Of a stretch of 22,220 nt of DNA, positions 16,954 to 22,220 are shown in pieces. The position numbers and the translations under genes are program-made. The stretch's first letter is position 1, and each line of letters begins with the position of its first letter. This stretch comes from Candidatus Sericytochromatia bacterium (GTDB lineage: Bacteria; Cyanobacteriota; Sericytochromatia; S15B-MN24; JAQBPE01). The stretch is from the NCBI GenBank assembly GCA_040400605.1, contig JBBAPZ010000019.1:20912-43131 (forward strand), written 5' to 3'. Below the pieces are notes generated by a model, which was given only the letters and a program-made list of their open reading frames with translations, did no database searches and was not told where the DNA came from.

Positions 16954-17217
16954 ACGCCCGTTCGACACGTTATCAATTCGAATCGTACTCGAAGCGCTGG
17001 TGTGATTTTTTCGTGTACCTCGCACGCAAATCGAAGCGGGGTTTTCTTGGGAAGAGGTACTGACGACCCGAGCAGAGCGAACCATCCCATGCTTCCGCCG
17101 CGTCCCACTTCGACCCTCTCGCCACCCACCATGACAAACAAGCACACTTGTCCGACATGTTGCGATAGGAGGCTACGATCGGCTGTTAGGACGACAGGCG
17201 CCTAGCAGGTATCACCC

Positions 17218-17346
17218 AACCATCAAATTGACTGATTGTTCGTTAAATATTCGTTGTTGCGCTGCCGCGTATTGCACCTGGAATCAGTCTTGTTACGTTT
17301 GCGTTTTCGTATTGTGGTTGTTGTGCGATCAGTGAAATTGATGGTT
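17218..17346. repeat. Imperfect 20-bp inverted repeat upstream of the NHL lipoprotein gene
   Basis: AACCATCAAATTGACTGATT (17218-17237) and GATCAGTGAAATTGATGGTT (17327-17346) are 17/20 complementary. Confidence 0.6.
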
Positions 17347-17512
17347 CTTCCGCCCAATCAGCAAGTTTTATCTTTCGTGGTCAGGTGATGGGTGCGGTAT
17401 TGATAGGACGCGGGTATAACAAGAGGCGTGCAATACGTCGGATGTTTGCCGGTGGGTGCCGAGGCACGGGAATGCTTTTCAGTCGCGTGCATGTGTAACA
17501 AGAGGTTCAATC

Positions 17513-19534
17513 GTGGTTCATTCTTACGCCCGTTTGTGTTTCAGCATGATACTTGCTGCCGTGTGTATCGCGTGTGTTAACCAATCTGACTCACTGCGTC
17601 GGTCAGTGCCTGTCCCCCTGTCTTCGGCCCGAAACGCGCCGAGGCTTATGATGACCATTCGTGGTCGAGTGTTATTGCCTGTGAGTCTTGTCAATCTGTC
17701 AGGCGGAGCAATAGTCTCCAACAACGGCGGCAACTTGGTTGCCCAAGGCGGTGGACTGATCTCAAACAACGGCGGCGGCTTGGTTGCCCAAGGCGGTGGA
17801 CTGGTCTCCAACAACGGCGGTGGTTTATCGGGTAGTGGAAGTGGGGGTGTTCGTCAGTTACAAGGATTGTTCAGGTTGTTGGGCATTGAGGAGCAACCAG
17901 TCATTGGCATCTCGGTTGTGCTGACGGATGCGCGGGGTAACGTGTTTCGTCGTCTTCCCACTGTGTTGAGTGATCAAAGTGGTGCGTTTGAGATCCAGCA
18001 GGTACCGCTGGGCATGACCTATACCGTGCAAGCAGGATTGCAGACTCCAAAAGGCGAGATTCGGGTGGCGTCGCTCGTGGCGTCGGAAAAGCCGGTAACC
18101 GTTTCGATCGCCAGCACCTTGCTTGTGGAAGAGTTGAGGCGTGTCGTTGATGAGCAGTGGGGCAGTTTGAACCAATCCACTTTTGAGCGTGTCGCGATGA
18201 GCGTTGCGCATGCGTTAGAACCCGAAGATGCACAATTGGCATTCACAGCCACAATGTCTGAACGACAAAAACAGGTGTTCCAACGCATCAAGGCTTTGAG
18301 GCCAGAGCTAGTGGCCGATCTTGACAGTCTCGTGATTCAGATCAGGCAGGTATCGCAAGCGTCACAGGCGATCGCCGCGGAACTTCGCCGCAGCCTGGAC
18401 TTCGCGAGTAATCCACCCCCCGCACCCTCGGCGGCCCTTACACAACCGCCTACTGACGCACCCTCAGAATCCCCTATACCAACGCCTGCACCCTCAGCGG
18501 CCATTACAGAATTGCCCACTTCCGTACCTTCAACAACAACTGAACCGTCGCTGTCGCCTGAATCGTCCCCATCACCCAGGCGTTTTGTGGTAACGACATT
18601 GGCTGGGTCTGGGGAGGGATATGCGGATGGCGCGGGTACAGCGGCGCAGTTCAGACGTCCCTCTGGCATGGCAGTAGATGGCGCTGGGAATGTCTATGTG
18701 GCGGACAAAAACAATCATCGCATCCGTAAGATAAGCCCTGCCGGGGTGGTAATCACACTCGCGGGTTCCGAAATGGGATATACGGACGGCACGGGAACAG
18801 CAGCGCAGTTCAAGTACCCCTCTGACGTGGCAGTGGATGGTTCCGGAAATGTCTACGTGGCTGATAATCAGAACCATCGCATCCGCAAAATAAGCCCATC
18901 TGGGGTGGTAACCACTCTCGCTGGGTCTGGGTATGGGTATGCCGATGGCACGGGTGGCGCCGCGCGGTTCAGAGCCCCGTCCGGCGTGGCAGTGGATGGT
19001 GCCGGGAATGTCTACGTGACTGACATCGAAAACGTTCGTATCCGCAAGATAAGCCCTTCTGGTGTGGTAACCACCCTCGCCGGGTCAGAAAAGGGATATG
19101 CGGACGGCGCGGGGACCGAGGCGCGATTCGAGTATCCCTACGGCGTGGCCGTGGATGATTCCGGGAATCTCTACGTGACAGATACTCATCGCATCCGTCA
19201 GGTAAGTCCTTCCGGTGTGGTAATCACTCTCGCGGGTTCCGGTGTCGCAGGGTATGCCGATGGCACGGGTGGCGCCGCGCGGTTCAGAGCCCCGTCCGGC
19301 GTGGCGACCGACAGCGACGGAAACGTGTACGTGGCGGACAGTAGCAATCACAGCGTCCGTAAGATAAGCCCAGCCGGTGTGGTAACCACCCTCGCGGGTT
19401 CCGATGACCGAGGGCAACTAGATAACACAGGTACACCGACGGAATTTTACCTTCCCAAGAGCGTTGCGGTAGATGGCGCAGGGAATGTCTACGTGGCTGA
19501 TGGCCGGATACACAAAATCGTACTGTCGCCCTGA
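17513..19534 (+). CDS. Lipoprotein with Gly/Asn repeats, Pro/Ser/Thr linker and a six-bladed NHL beta-propeller
   Basis: AGAGG SD precedes GTG 17513. Lipobox-like VCIAC, SNNGG/AQGGG repeats, a PPPAPS..PSP linker, and six units of TTLAGS..GYADG.G.AA.F..P.GVAVD..GNVYVAD..NHRIRKISP.G. Confidence 0.92.
   Translation: MVHSYARLCFSMILAAVCIACVNQSDSLRRSVPVPLSSARNAPRLMMTIRGRVLLPVSLVNLSGGAIVSNNGGNLVAQGGGLISNNGGGLVAQGGGLVSNNGGGLSGSGSGGVRQLQGLFRLLGIEEQPVIGISVVLTDARGNVFRRLPTVLSDQSGAFEIQQVPLGMTYTVQAGLQTPKGEIRVASLVASEKPVTVSIASTLLVEELRRVVDEQWGSLNQSTFERVAMSVAHALEPEDAQLAFTATMSERQKQVFQRIKALRPELVADLDSLVIQIRQVSQASQAIAAELRRSLDFASNPPPAPSAALTQPPTDAPSESPIPTPAPSAAITELPTSVPSTTTEPSLSPESSPSPRRFVVTTLAGSGEGYADGAGTAAQFRRPSGMAVDGAGNVYVADKNNHRIRKISPAGVVITLAGSEMGYTDGTGTAAQFKYPSDVAVDGSGNVYVADNQNHRIRKISPSGVVTTLAGSGYGYADGTGGAARFRAPSGVAVDGAGNVYVTDIENVRIRKISPSGVVTTLAGSEKGYADGAGTEARFEYPYGVAVDDSGNLYVTDTHRIRQVSPSGVVITLAGSGVAGYADGTGGAARFRAPSGVATDSDGNVYVADSSNHSVRKISPAGVVTTLAGSDDRGQLDNTGTPTEFYLPKSVAVDGAGNVYVADGRIHKIVLSP
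17711..17824 (+). repeat. 45-bp coding repeat, about 2.5 copies of [IL][VI]SNNGG[NG]LVAQGGG
   Basis: IVSNNGGNLVAQGGGLISNNGGGLVAQGGGLVSNNGGG; TTGGTTGCCCAAGGCGGTGGACTG is repeated exactly. Confidence 0.92.
18586..19531 (+). repeat. Six NHL repeats of about 156-162 bp each
   Basis: Periodic at both DNA and protein level. Confidence 0.92.
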
Positions 19535-19609
19535 CGTTGGAACTGATTGTTGGCTTGCGTCATTTGTTAATGCCCAGTTTCTCAACATTTGATTCGGTTG
19601 ATAACAAAA

Positions 19610-20521
19610 TTAGTGTTTGGGTCGGGTGCCGACGACGATGTAGGTGAGGACGCCACCGGGATGAATGAAGCGCTCGGCTTGGATCTGCTCGCACATGGTC
19701 TGGTAGGCTTGACACTCCCAGTTAAAGAAGGCAGCGAATTCGGCTTCGGTACCGCCGCCATGGATAAAACAGCGGCGAATGGTATCTTCGTTGCGTTGAA
19801 AGTTATCCAGCCAGGCAAGCAGTTCGTGGACACGGGCCTGTTCTTCAGGGGTGTCGTAAGGTGGAATCAAGGCGGCTGATTTGTCCGAGATGCGTACCTC
19901 GATCCGTGTGAGGCCGGCTTGATGAAAAAGCCGTGGTAACTGGTCGCCAATGGAGTCATCCCCCAAGCCCAAGAGGCGCTTGCCCCGTTCGTAATAAAGT
20001 TGATACCGCACCATGTCGAGGCGCTCTTCGACCGAAAAAGGTTCGGCGAGACGATCGCGAATCAAGGATTGAATGAGGCTGTTGGGCTCGAAAACAACCA
20101 CCCGGCCACCGGGTTTGACCACGCGCACCATTTCGGCAAGGGCTGCTGCCGGGTCTGCGAGGCTCATAAAGGCATGGTGGGCGATCGCCAGGTCAACACT
20201 GCCATCCCTCAACGGCAAAGCGGCCGGATTCGCCACCCCAAACTCATAGCGAACCGAAAAAGGTGCCGCAGCAGCAGCCTGCCGGGCCGCTTCGACCGCT
20301 TCCTCATTCGCATCATACCCATATACGATGCCACCTGGCTTCATATATAACCCGAACAAACGGGAGAGATACCCCAAGCCGCTACCAATCTCCGCGAGCG
20401 CGCGCACGTGTTGCAACTCCAACCGGTGCGACAATAACTCAACATAATCATCGTTCCACATAAAGTGGCGCACGTTGGTGAACATGCTGCTCACTTGGGT
20501 ATCGAAGGGGACATCCGACAT
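19610..20521 (-). CDS. Class I SAM-dependent methyltransferase
   Basis: Motif I LAEIGSGLG, VYGYD, LPLRDGSVDL, ALAEMVRVVKPGGRVVVFEPN. ATG 20521 follows AAAAGGGTGGG; GTG 20530 is an alternative start. Confidence 0.9.
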   Translation of the reverse strand: MSDVPFDTQVSSMFTNVRHFMWNDDYVELLSHRLELQHVRALAEIGSGLGYLSRLFGLYMKPGGIVYGYDANEEAVEAARQAAAAAPFSVRYEFGVANPAALPLRDGSVDLAIAHHAFMSLADPAAALAEMVRVVKPGGRVVVFEPNSLIQSLIRDRLAEPFSVEERLDMVRYQLYYERGKRLLGLGDDSIGDQLPRLFHQAGLTRIEVRISDKSAALIPPYDTPEEQARVHELLAWLDNFQRNEDTIRRCFIHGGGTEAEFAAFFNWECQAYQTMCEQIQAERFIHPGGVLTYIVVGTRPKH

Positions 20522-20843
20522 TAAACCCACCCTTTTTTAACACTTAAAAAACCAGCACTGGATTGCTACCAAACCATGTGTGGTCACTTAAGAACCCGTT
20601 TCCGGGTTTTTCCAAACAATCAACCTTGAGCAAATCCCGGTAACTCGCATACGGACAATATAAGCCAACGATGAAACTTGGGGTTCTTTGTGCACGTGTT
20701 GCGCATGTAGACACGCATGGCTACCAAGCTTGTTTCTTACGCCAGTCGGACAGAATCGACACCATGGAATCCCCTTCGCACACACACTATCACAAAACCG
20801 CCGCCAAGCACCTTGCCCAGTCTAAGGATTTCGTCACGCACCA

Positions 20844-22220
20844 TCACAATGACGCACTCGGAATGGTGCTTGGCGATGGCTGTGCCGATGCGGCCGAATC
20901 AGAAGCCGACGAACAGGGAAATCTGGTGCGAATGGGCGGCGAAAAGGATGGCAGCGGGGTTTGTGGTCCACACGGCGTTGTGTTGCCATCCGCCAAACGT
21001 GGCAGGGATGATTTTAAAAATCCCTGCGCGTCTGCATTGAACACGAACACCTTGCCCATTTCCAAACCAAAACCCGCGCCGCAGGCGAAAAAGGTCAGGA
21101 CACGTTCTTGCACCTTTTCAGGCGACTCATCCGGATAGAGGTCAGCAAAGGCATCAAAGGAATACAGCCATTGGTCAGCTTCGATTCCCGCGAAAAAACC
21201 TTCCACGACGAGATCCCACCAGTCCGACGGTTTGGTAATCACAAAAGCGGAGCGGCCAGGGAAGCGAAAGCGCTCGTTGGCGATCGCCACATAAGATGTC
21301 GGATCCTGCGCCTTCTTGATGAAATATTGCGGATCCTCCTGCAGACGCCTACTCAGCCGCTCGCGCGTCTCCCGCAAAAGGGGCTGCATCAGCTCAAGCG
21401 CGCTTTTTTGTTTATCTGCGACAGTAAACACGTTACCGCAGCCCACTCGGTTCGTCACGCTGATGGGTTTAATCTCCGATAATTTAACGTAAGCCAACAA
21501 TGTGTCGGATGCCAGCACCGCGGCCTGAAAATAACGACAAGGCGGCACGCCCGCATCAATCACCGTGTTGCGATAATTCTGCACAATCTTTTCTAACATC
21601 GGTAGCATTGGATTGTGTTGCCCGACCAGATTTTGGGCTGCATCCTTTTTCTCCGCCTCGGTCTGCGCTTTCAATATGTCCCACAACTTGCCCCGCATCG
21701 CCACACGCAAATACTTGGTCAAAATCGTTGTGTCATCATTAACAGATGGGTCATTGCTTGGTTCGCCCACCACCACGGCATCATAAATCCCGGTGCGACC
21801 CTGCAAACCAGGTGTGAGCGCCACCACTCGCAAATTTTCTTTCAGTTCAGCCGGAACGTGCAAGGTGTACGCACCCTGTAAATTGGAATACACCGCTTCG
21901 ACCGCCTCGCCTTCGGCATTGACACCCAAACTCACAAAACGATTGTCCCGCAAATCAATCACACCCAGCATCATCCCGGCCGCCGGCACCAAGCTGCCAC
22001 TGACCAGACCCGCCAATGCGGCCGCATCCGGTGCCACGGAGCCCGTCCCAACCCAAGGCGTTGACAAGATGCGGTAATTGCCGCCCCCCTGGGCAATCAG
22101 GTTACCGCCACCCTGAGCAATCAAGTTGCCGCCCCCTTGGGCAATGAGGTTACCACCGCCATTCGCGATCAAATTGCCGCCCCCTTGGGCAATCAGGTTA
22201 CCACCACCTTGGGCAATCAA
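20844..22220 (-). CDS. 5'-partial hypothetical protein (likely exported) with (LIAQGGGN)n repeats
   Basis: Open frame from the window edge: 6 repeats, then YRILS, a beta-rich segment (GMMLGVIDLRD...VYSNLQGAYTLHVP), a helical region with Cys residues and a Pro/Ser tail. The true start lies outside the window. Confidence 0.88.
   Translation of the reverse strand: MIAQGGGNLIAQGGGNLIANGGGNLIAQGGGNLIAQGGGNLIAQGGGNYRILSTPWVGTGSVAPDAAALAGLVSGSLVPAAGMMLGVIDLRDNRFVSLGVNAEGEAVEAVYSNLQGAYTLHVPAELKENLRVVALTPGLQGRTGIYDAVVVGEPSNDPSVNDDTTILTKYLRVAMRGKLWDILKAQTEAEKKDAAQNLVGQHNPMLPMLEKIVQNYRNTVIDAGVPPCRYFQAAVLASDTLLAYVKLSEIKPISVTNRVGCGNVFTVADKQKSALELMQPLLRETRERLSRRLQEDPQYFIKKAQDPTSYVAIANERFRFPGRSAFVITKPSDWWDLVVEGFFAGIEADQWLYSFDAFADLYPDESPEKVQERVLTFFACGAGFGLEMGKVFVFNADAQGFLKSSLPRLADGNTTPCGPQTPLPSFSPPIRTRFPCSSASDSAASAQPSPSTIPSASL
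22077..22220 (-). repeat. 24-bp coding tandem repeat, at least 6 copies of LIA[QN]GGGN
   Basis: Six units differ almost only at synonymous positions; one is a Q-to-N variant. Confidence 0.96.

Noticed and set aside
13198..17824. NLR/amyloid (BASS-type) signalling pair between the STAND-like gene and the Gly/Asn-repeat gene
   Set aside because: The STAND-like protein has no matching motif at its N-terminus, and the repeat protein is a predicted exported lipoprotein.
18935..19305. Diversity-generating retroelement TR/VR pair
   Set aside because: The copies are identical rather than A-specific mismatched, both are coding, and no reverse transcriptase is in the window.
20593..20608. GAAA-tetraloop hairpin upstream of the methyltransferase as a riboswitch
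   Set aside because: An isolated 6-bp stem without the other conserved elements of SAM or c-di-GMP aptamers.

Overview
This is a GC-rich bacterial chromosomal segment. From recalled resemblance only, the Gly/Asn peptide repeats and the plant/cyanobacterial-type FNR suggest a non-photosynthetic cyanobacterial relative such as Ca. Sericytochromatia; this is unverified. Left arm (accessory): a lipoprotein gene missing from the ORF track that runs off the left edge into a (VPSGAPFPYP)n repeat, a probable frameshifted gene, a small lipoprotein, an IS21 remnant (3' istB plus terminal repeats), an atypical PLD-superfamily gene, a secreted coiled-coil protein and a WbuC-type cupin. Centre: a redox cluster (FNR, CcdA, ADP-ribosylglycohydrolase, divergent exported glutathione peroxidase plus a TetA-like MFS), then a tightly coupled TerB-like / LOG / pseudokinase-pseudoATPase-TPR-GAF operon preceded by a strongly foldable ~155-nt element. 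Right arm: an NHL-repeat lipoprotein, a SAM methyltransferase and a partial gene with (LIAQGGGN)n repeats. The most notable signal is a family of three dispersed paralogues. They share an N-terminal scaffold carrying a variable-copy Gly-rich peptide cassette followed by a [YF][RQ][IL][LQ] motif, and they end in unrelated C-terminal modules.
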